A DNA stretch of 64,000 nucleotides, from the NCBI RefSeq assembly GCF_011745625.1, contig NW_027191453.1:372001-436000 (forward strand). Reading direction: 5' to 3'. Each line of letters begins with the position of its first letter. Position 1 is the stretch's first letter. Positions 10,677 through 22,399 of this stretch are shown here, one piece after another. The notes beneath the pieces are model-generated. The model worked only from the letters and a program-made list of their open reading frames with translations. It had not been told where the DNA came from and ran no database searches. The translations under genes and the position numbers were made by a program. The stretch is from Cladosporium halotolerans. Its lineage: Eukaryota.

Positions 10677-12251
10677 CTACACCCTCTCCCAAGCACGCCA
10701 CCACAACCCTACATTCGCAGCCACGAGGAGGTCCAACATGGCGACACCGTCCGGGTGCACGATCAGCTTGCCCAGCTTCGCTTGCTTGCCTCCAAAACCG
10801 CCTCCTGCCCGCTCCTGCCCTAGGCTCAAATCCAACTTCCCGTCCTCGTCGACTAAGTAGGTGGGAAGCTCCTGATCGCCTTCCGGACTCGGGCCTCCTC
10901 CCCAGCTATCGTCCGATTTGAGGCGGCGGTGCAAGCCGTGGAAATAGGAGCCGCGCTTCTCTGCTACCGATGTGGGAGCGGCGGGCTGACGCTGCGTCGT
11001 TGGCAGATTGAAGCGAAGCTCTGAAACCTCGACGCTGCCTTGGTTGTTTGGCAGATGGTGGAGGCATTTGAGGGCTCTACCGGATTTGGAGGTGCTGAAG
11101 TCGCAACGGCCGTCCCACGGGCTGAAGAAGGAGTAACCTGCGCTCCGCCGATCCATAAGCGGCGGGTTGAGGTCTGGGTAGGGAGACGATTCGGCGCTGT
11201 CTTGCCGGCGCATGTCTGAAGGAATGGCGTTGGCAGGTGTGGGGAGATACGTGGGTTTCTGTGTCCAGCGACGGTCTGGATAGCGTGAGCCTGGTAAGTA
11301 GAGACGGCGTCGAAAGGTTCCTTCTGGTGGTATGTCGTTCTCAGATGAGCTTGTAGAAGTGCTGGTACGACTCTCCGAGCGGTGGCTACTGATGTATTGC
11401 TGGTAGCCTGGATTCGTGATTTCGAGCCACATTGGCGCTCCACCCTTCTTCGCTTTACCGCCGGCAATTGGACTTAGCAGAGCGGCCGAGCTGACTTCTT
11501 GCGCGGGGGGATCGCGAACGCTAGCCACGTTCCATTGCGCCGAAGTCGCGGGATCCCGGCGAATAATCGTCAACGAGCCTGGTTCAGGTAATGTGACGAT
11601 GTTATCACTTGCGGAATGACGCCAATGACGTTTCGTAGGCGCTTCATTGACCGTCAATGAACTTCCGTAACCCTCGTCCTCTGCTGGTGGCGGAGGGAGT
11701 GGTCTCCGAGGCAACTCGGGTAGGTCCAGAGTCGGCGAGTGCAACGATGAATCATTCGCAGTGCTTGAAGCGACGGGTTTGCGGGCGATCTGACTTTTTG
11801 TTCGATTGGGTGGGTTGAGCGTAGAGTTCGGTGCCTGGCTTCCAGCAGGGTGTGGAGCCCTCCCTACTGGCGACGGTGATTTCCTGAGAGGCGACCTCGG
11901 CGGCGGGACAGGTTTGCGCCGAAGGGGATCCTCTTGTATCGAAAGTAGCTCGCCGGCGTTGGTGTTGACGGAACTCGCTTGCTGCTGCTGCATTGCCGCT
12001 GTGTCCACGTCTGTGTTGAAATGCACGTAGTACAATGAGCTCTGAACGTCCTGTGCGCTCACGATTTTCTCACGAGGCTTGAGAGGCGTCAAGAAAACAT
12101 CGCGGCTCCCTGGCACTCGAGCAATGTATAATGTAAGCGGTTGGTCCAGGTGAGTGGCCCTGACGCCCGGGTGAGCCGGTGGATTTGATGCGATCGGTGT
12201 GATGGATGATAGCGAGCCAGCCTCGACTGCCGTTGAGATGGCGTATGTCAT
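10677..12251 (-). CDS. Conserved fungal hypothetical protein (Pro-rich, 524 aa)
   Basis: Long ORF with ordered blocks typical of a conserved Pezizomycotina family (LTLYIARVPGSRDVFLTP, IIRRDP..QWNVA, FSPWDGRCDF, LDLSLGQERAGGG...AKLGKL...LDLLVAANVGLWW). Function unknown. Confidence 0.8.
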   Translation of the reverse strand: MTYAISTAVEAGSLSSITPIASNPPAHPGVRATHLDQPLTLYIARVPGSRDVFLTPLKPREKIVSAQDVQSSLYYVHFNTDVDTAAMQQQQASSVNTNAGELLSIQEDPLRRKPVPPPRSPLRKSPSPVGRAPHPAGSQAPNSTLNPPNRTKSQIARKPVASSTANDSSLHSPTLDLPELPRRPLPPPPAEDEGYGSSLTVNEAPTKRHWRHSASDNIVTLPEPGSLTIIRRDPATSAQWNVASVRDPPAQEVSSAALLSPIAGGKAKKGGAPMWLEITNPGYQQYISSHRSESRTSTSTSSSENDIPPEGTFRRRLYLPGSRYPDRRWTQKPTYLPTPANAIPSDMRRQDSAESSPYPDLNPPLMDRRSAGYSFFSPWDGRCDFSTSKSGRALKCLHHLPNNQGSVEVSELRFNLPTTQRQPAAPTSVAEKRGSYFHGLHRRLKSDDSWGGGPSPEGDQELPTYLVDEDGKLDLSLGQERAGGGFGGKQAKLGKLIVHPDGVAMLDLLVAANVGLWWRAWERV

Positions 12252-12961
12252 GGCTGCTGATGGTGGTCTCCTAACTCTATGCGCGTCCTGTGAGTGTGGT
12301 CGAGAAGTGATTGCCGGTCTGCCAACAAGCTGTGTTTGCTAGGCTAACGAAGGCAGTCGCTGCCTACGTAAGGCAGCTCAGCTCCTTCTTTGGCACAGGT
12401 CCGAAGGGACTCGTATTCCAACTAACTCTTACGAGTTTAGGGCGACGTTGGAAGTCTATGAAGCCGTTACGACATAGGCCTCATGTTTCTGCATGTTTCG
12501 CGTGGTTCTGGTGGCTATGTGGAAGGCTGGCGGCCCCAGCCCCCAGACGTACAGGCCACTAATTCTGCGGTTGCTAGGAACGTAATGAGGCTCAGATTTG
12601 GTTGCGTGGACGCCTCCCATTCGTAATTGGGCTTCATTCCCTGTTCCTGGAATTGAGAAGAGCACTCTCCCAGTCATATCCGAATTGGCAGCATGAGACT
12701 CCTCTGTTTTATGAAGCCTGAAACACGCAGTACGTAAACGAAATTTGTGTTGCTATTTACTTCTGCAAGTCGAGGTTCCCTTGGTTCCTGTCGTTTCCGG
12801 CGCCTCCCGGCGAAGCGGGACCCCGGACTCAAGCGTGTGATGCCTCAGCCACTCAGCATCGTTTGACCGCACGCCAACATCCTGCGACATTATCCTTCGC
12901 CCGCCGTGAATCGAGCAATCCAGTACTCTGCTTGCATTCTACGCCTTTGTCGACTTCGCCT

Positions 12962-14071
12962 TCACTCCCCATTGTCGAATCCACCGTCCGCTGCCTCGAC
13001 GTAAGCGTTGAAGCGCTTCCATTCCTCCATGACGCTCTCCATGTGGACTTCCTCAACGTTCATGAGAAGATTCACGAGGTAACGGAGAATGGTGTGTGCA
13101 GGACTCTCAATACCCAGCAATATGTGTCTCGGATGCTTGTCGAGCATACGACGAGCTTGCTGTCTGGACGTGACAATCAGATCACCAGGAGATCGCAGCC
13201 CAGGAGTTGAGGCAGAGAAAATGTACTCTCTTGCGGCTTGGACCTTGGAATGCAAGCCGGAAATTTCGTCACCATCAGACTTGACTAACAAATGTACGTC
13301 AGCCTGCAGGAGCGCCGCAGACCACGACAGAACTGCCAGTAAACTGTCACGGTCCTTCTCAGGCCAGTCCCGAATGATGAAGGTCAAATGCTTGATCCTG
13401 CTTGTACCCGATAACATCAACCCCAGGCAAGCCACGGCACGCCGAGATTCCTTGGCCCAGAAGGTCGTGAGGAGACCCAGATGAATCGTCAGATGCTGAA
13501 CCTCTCGCAAAGTGTTGAATCCAAGTATAGTGGTAGGTCCTCCCAATGTCAATTCGCTCTCCTCACACAATAGGTCGTGGCCAGGGAAATGGACATGTGT
13601 GAATTGCAAAGCTTGTGACCGCCTGTAAGCATTTGCACCCTTAGAGATTCCGCTCCACACGCTGAACTTGTTTTCGCCGTAGAGCACGGGTTTCGCTTCC
13701 TTGTGGAGTAGCCTCGAAGTTCTTAACAAGGCCGCATGCACCTTCCCGGTCCGCGAATTATCGACAACGAGCAATTCTCGGTAAATCCAAAGTCGAAGCT
13801 CCGGGGGGAGGTCCAAGAAGCGTAAGAATGTTGAGCTCTGATCCATCGCAATCAGTCGGTTTGCTAGCCTGGCCTTGCTCCAATATCGAAGCTTGCCGTA
13901 TTCGTCGTCTCCGAGCATTCCACGATCTTTGATGAACTTGCGGAGTTCTTCAAGATTGCACGAAAAATAGTCAAGAAAGCTAGGCTGCTCTCTCTCAGCT
14001 TGTCGCTGCAAGCAATGAGCCAACAACAGAGAAGCCGTGACAGATTGCGGTGATGCCTGTCGGAGAGCCAT
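12962..14071 (-). CDS. F-box/2EXR-like protein with N-terminal SAP-like segment (lineage-expanded family)
   Basis: FLRFLDLPPELRLWIYRELL...ALLRTSRLLHKEAKPVLY, preceded by DYFSCNLEELRKFIKDRG...KARLANRLIAMD. Confidence 0.72.
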   Translation of the reverse strand: MALRQASPQSVTASLLLAHCLQRQAEREQPSFLDYFSCNLEELRKFIKDRGMLGDDEYGKLRYWSKARLANRLIAMDQSSTFLRFLDLPPELRLWIYRELLVVDNSRTGKVHAALLRTSRLLHKEAKPVLYGENKFSVWSGISKGANAYRRSQALQFTHVHFPGHDLLCEESELTLGGPTTILGFNTLREVQHLTIHLGLLTTFWAKESRRAVACLGLMLSGTSRIKHLTFIIRDWPEKDRDSLLAVLSWSAALLQADVHLLVKSDGDEISGLHSKVQAAREYIFSASTPGLRSPGDLIVTSRQQARRMLDKHPRHILLGIESPAHTILRYLVNLLMNVEEVHMESVMEEWKRFNAYVEAADGGFDNGE

Positions 14072-14724
14072 ATTGTGGTCGATGGCGGCGCTTCCGCGTG
14101 GATATGTTGATGATCGGGAAGTCGCGACGCGGAGGACTTCGGGGTTTTGAGCGCAGCGCTGGCCAGAAGGCTTTCGCGACGCGCAAGGCTAGAAGTGAAA
14201 GCACTGTCTCGGCATGTGATGATGACCGCGGGAAACCGCGGCGTGCCAACTTCACTTACACTCACCCCACTCTTGCTAACGTTCCAAAGCCCGCTTTTTC
14301 TAGCTACTGCATTTACTGACTACAGAGTACATGCTATCTGACAGAAAGTGAACTTTGTATGGGTATTCAATGCACCATGTCGGGGAACAGTCGCGTCGCG
14401 CTTGCCCTTTGTCCTGCGATATGGAGCCCTCCGAGTCAGCGATCAATACTTAGCCATTGTAAACACAAGATACACAACCCCATTGTTACGAAACCATCAG
14501 CTTTGTTAACCAATTTTGAAGCATTTATTATCCGCCATTGGGAAGAATTCGAGGCATCCTTACATTCTCTCTCTGCGCTACACCGACAAACGAAGCTTGC
14601 AATCGCGAGCACCTCATCCTAGATACTGTGCCTTTGGTATAGTTCGCTTCTAGACACCACAAGATCCCCCAGAGAAGAACGATCAACTCTCTATCAGAAG
14701 AATAGAACACACTTGACGTGTACC

Positions 14725-15627
14725 ATGGCCCTCAAGGCCATCTCCGGTGCTCCCGGCGTGTCGAAGAAGGACAACTCGTTCCCACTGTCGAAGCTGCCTA
14801 CGGAATTGCGACTTGTTATCTACGAGGAACTCCTGGTGAGACCAGACAACAACAAAAGGAAGAAGATCTACCCGCAGATCCTGCAGACGAGCAAGCAGAT
14901 CCATCGCGAAGCCGAGCCCATCCTATACTCGAAGAACCACTTTCGAGTCGCACTGAGCGTGGGACCGGAGACTGGGTCGTCGCGCAAGATCCGCGTGAGG
15001 ACTTTCCTCGCCACACTCCCTTACAGGGTCACGCTTTACGAGCGAGAATGTATTTACCAGTCCTCCGTCTGGGTCGAGGCCCTGAGGAAGGCGCGGTTCG
15101 TGTCTGTTGCGATCGCGATGAAAGACATGTCGCTCGAGCTGAACTGCCTTGCTATCAATCATTGCCTTGCTGGACTGTTCGCTTTTCTTGATCACGATAG
15201 TGACAACGATAGTGAGATTCGCAAAGTTCGCTTACGGCTCACGGGAGAGATCGCTAACGATGATGCTCGACTACAGGAGATGCTACAGCCTATGGTCATG
15301 TGGAAGAGGTCCAATCCAGTGGCTGACATTCACTACCATGGATTGCCGAGCGAGCTCCATTCGAACCTCGTGGCGGCGTCTGCTACGATGCTGAACGATC
15401 CTGTCTATGAGAGCGTCGAGAAGCTGTTCAGCTACGTTCGGATGGCCGCACGGGTGAGTGCTCGCCTTGAGAATGACAACCTCCATCAGCTAGTGTTGTC
15501 TTTGAACTACGGTATGTCGAAGGCTTTGGCGGGCGTAGGGCCTGTTGGCGATGGTTGCCAGCTGAAGGTTGAACAGGCTGTCTTGGAAGTGAAGGAACAG
15601 CTCCGGAAATATTTGACTGGGCTTTGA
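14725..15627 (+). CDS. F-box/2EXR-like protein, paralogue of the divergent neighbour
   Basis: FPLSKLPTELRLVIYEELL...ILQTSKQIHREAEPILYSKNHF; ATG in ACCATGG context at 14725. Confidence 0.75.
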   Translation: MALKAISGAPGVSKKDNSFPLSKLPTELRLVIYEELLVRPDNNKRKKIYPQILQTSKQIHREAEPILYSKNHFRVALSVGPETGSSRKIRVRTFLATLPYRVTLYERECIYQSSVWVEALRKARFVSVAIAMKDMSLELNCLAINHCLAGLFAFLDHDSDNDSEIRKVRLRLTGEIANDDARLQEMLQPMVMWKRSNPVADIHYHGLPSELHSNLVAASATMLNDPVYESVEKLFSYVRMAARVSARLENDNLHQLVLSLNYGMSKALAGVGPVGDGCQLKVEQAVLEVKEQLRKYLTGL

Positions 15628-16303
15628 TCTCGGTGGTGAGCATTGAAGGCCTTTTGTGGCAATCGATTGGCATACTATTGTGCTAGAGGCTCCGTGCACA
15701 TGTCTCCGGTCTTCAAAATTGTGCAGAAAGTATGTATTTGGAGCCTCGACATGCTGCATAGCGTTGGGTAGGCATTTTGAATTTATTTGCATCATCGATG
15801 TGGTCATGAACCTCTCGTCTCATTTGTTTATCGTTTGTCTCGAACATTTCAGTGTAGTTGAACATAGTAGATGCGGCCTTGTGGTTAATATGTTGAGTTG
15901 AAACACGATGATGATGTGATGTTGCGGCCTCACCACGGAGCTCCGAAGGTGTGAATGCGATGTGCCAAGAGAAGTTGGACAGACTTTCAGGGCAGAACTC
16001 AGACTTCGGATTTTGACGCAACGATCTGCGGCGAAGCCTAGATTCATCTGAACAAAGCTTTTGTCGACTCGCTTCATTGTTCTGCTTCTCGTCTTAGTTC
16101 ACTATCCTGATTGGGTTGACTGGATTTGTGCTGCATTTCTCAATTGGGTGCACCCAATTGAACAACGAGCGGCATCCTGGCAAACTTTTGAATTTGCGAT
16201 TATTCGTGTCGAGAAGCACTCGAAGATTGTTGAGACCTCGAAATTTCTGGGAAGCTCCCAAAGACCCCAAAAAAAAAAAAAAAATTATTCAGTAGAAGGC
16301 ATC

Positions 16304-18265
16304 ATGTCTCAAGCCCAAGGCGAAACCACAATCCGCATAAGCCCCCAAGAGGCCGAGCGGATTCAGACCCGGATTAAGGACAGACGCCAGAAATGCCAGG
16401 AGCAAGCTGGCAAGCCTCGAGAGGCTACCGACAAGCAGGCACTCCATCAACAAATCACTATGTCTAACCTGATGACGGACATGGACTTCATGGGCGGCGG
16501 TAGCGAGAAGAAGTCAGAAGGCATCACGGTCCTGGCTATCGGAAAGCCCTACTTGCCTTCCACCGCCTCGCTTGACGATCTGACACTGATGAAGCTCAGC
16601 GAGCTCACAATGGAAACGCACCACACCGGACGGAAACTTACGGTCAAGCGAAAGGAAGAAGTTGTGGAGCAAAAGGCTCACTCGTGGACTGTGGTGGAGG
16701 AGGAAGGCTCGGAGGATGTCGAGCGTCTGGAGGTCGTCGTTCACAAGTCGAGAGGCGGCGAAGACCTGCTGGACTCCGCAAAGGTGTTCACGGTCAAGGA
16801 ACCTTACTTCACTCTGAGTGACGATAACGAACCTACACTCCGCATCGACCACCCATCGGATCTCGTCGTCGAGGTTAAAGAAGTTGCAGCCAATGTGGCC
16901 GGCTCGGCTGTCGAGCAAGCGACCAAATGCAAGGAGGAAGGCAACGCTGCACTCAAGCGTAAGGAGCTCATCGATGCTCACGCGAAATACAGTCAAGGTC
17001 TCCACGAACTTAGGAACGGTCACGCCTTGGATGACAAGCTATCTTTCGATATTCATCGTAACCGTGCTCATGTCAACCTCCAACTAAGCCGCATGGATGA
17101 AGCTAAGGCCGACGGTATCGCCGCTGTGACGGGTATCGATGATGCGAGGCATAAGGACCTCGACAGCAAAGCCTATTTCCGTGCTGCATGTGCGGCGTAC
17201 AACCTCGGACAGTGGGAGGAATCCAAGAATCTGTTTGAGAGCCAGCAGAAGCTCGCACCGGGGGACAAGGATGCAGCAACGAATCTCGAGAAGCTTGCAG
17301 CACGTTTGAACGAGCAGAAGACAGGCGAGTACGACTTTAAGAAGATTAGGAACGCGTTGTCGAAGCTTCGTCCCCGTGCTGATGCTGCCGACTACGACGG
17401 CCACACTGAGCGGAAGGAGAGCAAAGGACACGGATTCGGTCTCTTTGCCACGAAAGACATTGAAGAGGGCGCAATCATCATTTGCGAGAAGGCGCTGTCC
17501 ATTGTCTGGAGTCACGAAGCAGAGGGCTGGACGGCGCTGACTGTGGATTCTCGCGATGAGCAAACTCGAGTGCAGCCCGTCGGCTTGACCAAGGCTATCG
17601 TATCAAAGCTCATGTCGAACCCCTCGCAGATCGAGAAGGCCACAAGTCTATTTGGTGACCACCAAGGACTTGGGAAACAGTTGATCATCAAGGATGGCAC
17701 TCCCGTTGTCGACGCCTTCCAAATCCATGACATCGTTTCCCGCAATGCATTTGGTCCCGGCGAGTCTTTCGCGACCGGGAAGCAGGATGGCAGAATGGCA
17801 AGCACCGGTCTCTGGGTGAGATCAGCTTACATCAACCACTCTTGCATTCCCAATGCGAAGAAGGACAGTGTCGGTGATCTCATGGTCTTCCGTGCCACTC
17901 GTTCGATCAAGGCCGGCGAGGAAATCTTCCACTGCTACGCTGAGTCCTATGACTATGAAGAGAGAGCAGCCAACCTGAAGACGACCTGGGGTTTCGAGTG
18001 TGACTGCCGGCTTTGCAAGGCCGAAAGGAAAGACGGAGCTGAGCTGCGAGCTAAGCGTATGGGGCTGATGGGTCAGGCAGATGCATTGATGCAGAGAGAG
18101 GACATCAGGATCGCGAAGAGAATCACAATTGGCAGGATCGAGACTGTCTTGAAGTCGCTCAATGAGACTTACAACGATGAGAGATACAAGGGTATCCCTA
18201 GATACGGTGTTGAGAGAATCCAGGAATGGGTGGACGAAGCGAAGCGCAATCTGAAGAAAAGGTAG
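16304..18265 (+). CDS. TPR- and SET-domain protein (SMYD-like putative lysine methyltransferase)
   Basis: TPR helices (KEEGNAALKRK, NRAHVNLQL, KAYFRAACAAYNLGQW); SET motifs GHGFGLFATKDI, YINHSCIPN and IKAGEEIFHCY; post-SET FECDCRLC. Likely start is MSQAQG at 16304. Confidence 0.9.
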   Translation: MSQAQGETTIRISPQEAERIQTRIKDRRQKCQEQAGKPREATDKQALHQQITMSNLMTDMDFMGGGSEKKSEGITVLAIGKPYLPSTASLDDLTLMKLSELTMETHHTGRKLTVKRKEEVVEQKAHSWTVVEEEGSEDVERLEVVVHKSRGGEDLLDSAKVFTVKEPYFTLSDDNEPTLRIDHPSDLVVEVKEVAANVAGSAVEQATKCKEEGNAALKRKELIDAHAKYSQGLHELRNGHALDDKLSFDIHRNRAHVNLQLSRMDEAKADGIAAVTGIDDARHKDLDSKAYFRAACAAYNLGQWEESKNLFESQQKLAPGDKDAATNLEKLAARLNEQKTGEYDFKKIRNALSKLRPRADAADYDGHTERKESKGHGFGLFATKDIEEGAIIICEKALSIVWSHEAEGWTALTVDSRDEQTRVQPVGLTKAIVSKLMSNPSQIEKATSLFGDHQGLGKQLIIKDGTPVVDAFQIHDIVSRNAFGPGESFATGKQDGRMASTGLWVRSAYINHSCIPNAKKDSVGDLMVFRATRSIKAGEEIFHCYAESYDYEERAANLKTTWGFECDCRLCKAERKDGAELRAKRMGLMGQADALMQREDIRIAKRITIGRIETVLKSLNETYNDERYKGIPRYGVERIQEWVDEAKRNLKKR

Positions 18266-18745
18266 CCGAACAAGTTGACTTGATAGCAGCTAGTTGGAAA
18301 TGGCATCAAGAATATCTTTCACCATTCGTAGCAATGCAGAATACTACATGTGTCGAGTCGTGATCATCGCCGTCGTTGCCACTTCGAGCCGTCTAGTAAT
18401 CGCTAATCATCGATTGGTCGTTTCGAGCCAGAGCCACCATGCTTGTGGAAAATCCCAATATTGGTCCTCGATCGAGATGATGTGTGTAAAGCCAACCAAG
18501 AGATATCCGAAAGAAGCGTGTGAACATCAGAATCTTCAACTATGATGATGGCACGGCGAGGGTGATGAGCCGTTTGCCATCGGGAAAGCACGGTGCTCAA
18601 ATTGCTGCCAGCTGATTGGCCAGCCTTCACGTCTGGCGAAAGCTTCGACGACGAGGACAACGACAACCAGCCCGCTAGAACACCTTGTCGCCGCCACCAC
18701 CACCACGACACCGCCTCTCGCCCTCTCCACTCCTCTACCACCACA

Positions 18746-19490
18746 ATGTCTGCACCGCGCGCCATGACGGCGCTCTCGCGCGCGCGTCCGACCTCTGTCA
18801 CCGCCTCCCTCGCCCGCTCCGCCTTCAGACCCGCGACCACCGCCGCCGCATTCTCCACGACGTCAAGACAAAATGCCACAACCAACGGCGCGCCGCCTGC
18901 GAACTTCCGCCCTGCGAGGCCTTTGCGCTTCGACGAGAGGAAGGACAGCGTCTTTGACCAGGCCGGCAACTACTTCCTCTTGACCGAAATGTTCCGCGGC
19001 ATGTACGTCGTGCTGGAGCAGTTCTTCCGACCACCGTACGTCCACACGCCTCTCGACACCAATGCTCACGCAGTATACTAACGTTAGCGCCAGCTACACA
19101 ATCTTCTACCCCTTCGAGAAGGGCCCTATCTCCCCCCGCTTCCGTGGCGAGCACGCCCTGCGCCGCTACCCGACCGGCGAGGAGCGCTGCATTGCCTGCA
19201 AGCTGTGCGAGGCCATCTGCCCCGCCCAGGCCATCACGATCGAGGCCGAGGAGCGCGCCGACGGCTCCCGCCGCACGACCCGCTACGATATCGACATGAC
19301 CAAGTGCATCTACTGCGGCTTCTGCCAGGAGTCCTGCCCCGTGGACGCCATTGTCGAGGGTCCGAACGCCGAGTACGCCACCGAGACCAGGGAGGAGCTG
19401 CTGTACAACAAGGAGAAGCTGTTGATGAACGGTGACAAGTGGGAGCCTGAGCTGGCGGCTGTCGCTCGTGCCGATGCGCCGTACAGGTAA
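18746..19490 (+). CDS. NDUFS8: NADH:ubiquinone oxidoreductase 23-kDa Fe-S subunit (TYKY/NuoI)
   Basis: Mitochondrial presequence; two 4Fe-4S motifs [12 protein letters not shown] and [12 protein letters not shown]; intron 19036-19093. Confidence 0.97.
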
Positions 19491-20104
19491 GAGCAGTCGA
19501 TGCTCTGGGAGAGGAAGCGAGTGGACGAAATCATTTACAGCGGCTTCATGGGATAGAGCCAGGCTGGATCCAGAGGGACAAAAAATCTGGTGAATACAAC
19601 AAGATGCGTACAAGCAGGTGGATAGAGCCATCGGATGTGCGTATCAGTGGCGTCGAGATCAAGATTTTTCTTTGTATCAATTGTACATAGCGTCTGTATG
19701 CATGACTATGGGATTACAAAAAAAGAAAACGTACACTGCTTACCTCAATATCATAGCAAAAGATACTATTTGGCCGAAAACACGAGTATATGTGGACGAG
19801 CTATGGCTCCCACAGCATATCTAATCATACGAGCCCGAGTGTCAGGTGGACGGTGAAACTAGTTCATTAACTGATGAATGCAGTCAACGAATGACACTTG
19901 TTTATGCTCCAAATTCTCTGGGAATTGAGGAAACCAACTCCTTTCACAAGAAAATGAATTCAAAAACAACAGACCGCAAACTAAGCTCACAGCACCACAT
20001 CACACTTCGCGACGTCGATGGACACACTGACACACGACAAGTCAAGATGACACAAGAAATTATTGGCATTGACAGACGTTCCTTTTTACTTTTTACCGAG
20101 ACCC

Positions 20105-21847
20105 CTACGCCTTAAACCTGCCCTCAAACCCAGGCCGCCCACCCTTCTTGCCACCAGGCTTGCCCGCGCTCTTCGCCTTCTTGCCCTTCTTACCCTTCTG
20201 CTCCGCCCTAGCCTTCAAGTTCGCCTCCCTCTTCTTGTCCTTCATCTGCTTGCCCTTCACGACCGCGTCCTCGCGGTCCTTCCACTCCTTCTCGCTCTTG
20301 CCCTTCTGCTTCTCCTTGCGCTTCAGAGCCTTCTTCAGCAGCGAGGTGTCGTCGCGCACGCGCTCGCCGTGCGCGCGCTTCTTCGCGTTCAGCCACAGGT
20401 CCTTCTCTGCGATGTCGGCGCGCTTCTCGGCGTCGTAGCCGGCGATGCGCTTCTGCTTCGCCTCCGCGGCCGCGAGCGCCGTCTTGGTGTCCTGGGGTCC
20501 CTTGCGCTTCTTGGCGTCGACGAGGTGGCTGAGCGAGGCGTCGGGCGCGGTGCCGTCCTCGAAGGCGAGGCGGGAGAAGGAGAAGTTGTTGCTGTCCTGC
20601 TTGGGGGCCGCCTCGCGGGGCGAGAAGATGTCGACGTTCAGCGGGCTGCCGCTGCCGCGCAGGCGCTCTTCTTGTTTTCGCTCCTCATCTTCCTTCGCCT
20701 GGCGCCGCAGCTCCTTCTTGTGGGCTTTGCGCTGCTCCTCCTTCTTGCGCCTCTGGTCGAGGAGTTCTTGGCGCGACTTGGGGTTCTTGCCCTCGGGGCC
20801 GTCGGCTTTGCGCTTGTTGCGCAGCTCCTCGATCCTTTGGCGCAGGCGGTCTTGCAGCGCTTCTGAATCGATGTTGGGAAGATTTAATCGAGGCGATGAC
20901 GTGCCGGACGCAGGCTTTGTGGGGGCGGCGGTGTCGAGCGCGGCGGGGAGAGGCTGTTGCTTCACCGAGGGTGCTGCTTTCTTTGGAGGGGCGGACTTGG
21001 GTTGGTCTGAAGGAGGGACTATTGATGATGAGGAGGATGCGGTAGAGTGGTTTGCTGAGAGGTCGAATGCTGGGCTGTCGATGGCAGGGCTAGAGGGCGC
21101 TGTTGATGCGACGGAGCCGGCTGCGTCTGAGTCTACCAGCCCGCTCATGTCGAGCTTGTCCATGTCGGATGCGTCAGCAGCGTCGGCGTGCTCATCGTCG
21201 TCTTCTTCGTCATCATCCTCATCGTTGTTGTCGATGGATCCGTTCTGAGTCTTGTCGGCCTTTGACTTTGTGTTGGAGGCGCCGTCCACGTCGCCGTCCT
21301 GCTTGGCGGCCTTCTTCGCCTCTCTCTTCTCCTTCAGCTTAGCAGCCTTCTCCTTCTTCTTCTCCCTCTTCTCTTTCCTCTTCTCAGCCTTCAGGCGGCG
21401 CCTAGCCTCCGCATCCTCAGCCGTCTCCTCCACCTTCTGCCTCTTGCCGCCATCTTGCTTCTCGACGTCGGCCTCCTCCGCCTCCTCCTCATCCATACCC
21501 AACTCACGCTTCCTCTTTAGCTCGCGCTCCTTCATGATGTCAAGCGCGCTCTTCTGGTTCGCAGGGTCCAGCTTAGCCTTCTTCGCCGCCTGCTTCTCTT
21601 CCTTGGTCTGTTTCTTCGCCTTCCATTGATCGTTCGGGTCGCGGCCGTCAACGATCTGCGACCCGTAGTAGTCCTGCGCCGGCGTGAGCGCGAGTAGCGA
21701 CTCGAAAGCTTTGGCGTGGTTCTGCAAGCGCTCCTGCGAATCGGGGCGTTAGAAAAGCGAACTGCCAACGGCTTCGCAGAGAAAGACTCTGCTCTAGAGA
21801 GAAAAATTTACCTCGAGGCCGTCGAGAATGTCTTCCTGGCCCGACAT
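20105..21847 (-). CDS. RRP14: Ribosome biogenesis protein Rrp14/SURF6
   Basis: Exon 1 21847-21812 (MSGQEDILDGLE), intron 21811-21734, then ERLQNHAKAFESLLALTPA. SURF6 C-terminus LRQRIEELR...HGERVRDDTSLLKKALKRKEKQK...RPGFEG. Confidence 0.92.
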
Positions 21848-22399
21848 GCTGGCTGCTGCTGAGAGCGGAGTGTTCTGCTTTCGCGAGGGAGCGGAGTGTT
21901 CTGGCGCCAGAGTGCTCGCCGTGCGGTGTGGACTTCTTCCCAGTTGATGAAGAGAAACCAGAGAAGCGGCCGCGAAAGCGGGTCGAAATCTTGGCGCGAA
22001 ACTCTATTCCTTCGCCGAGGCTCCACACATCATCTTGAGACATCAAGTCACGAGATTCTACGCGAAGTAGTGCAGGTCTGATATATATAAACATTAGAAA
22101 GATCTGTATGTTGGCACTTATGTTTATCATGATAGCTCTTATCCACGCCACACGCGTGATGCGACATCGAGATAGTCAAATTTGCCACGGCAAAGCGAGC
22201 ACTACGGATTCTATGATATATCTACAGAGTCGGATTGTTGAATGCAAGCGTGGCGTTGCCGTCGTAAAGAAACTTTCGCATTAAATTGACTTCTTCTTTT
22301 GTACAAAAATTACATATCATCAAGCAACCCTCTATCCCCTTCCTCGCCGTCTCGAGCGTCTCGTCGAGCTGCGCTAAACAGTCAGGACGACGCACGAGC

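Noticed and set aside
16061..16303. 81-residue N-terminal extension of the TPR-SET ORF
   Set aside because: It starts at a non-ATG codon and runs through a poly-A tract; the ATG at 16304 is the plausible start.
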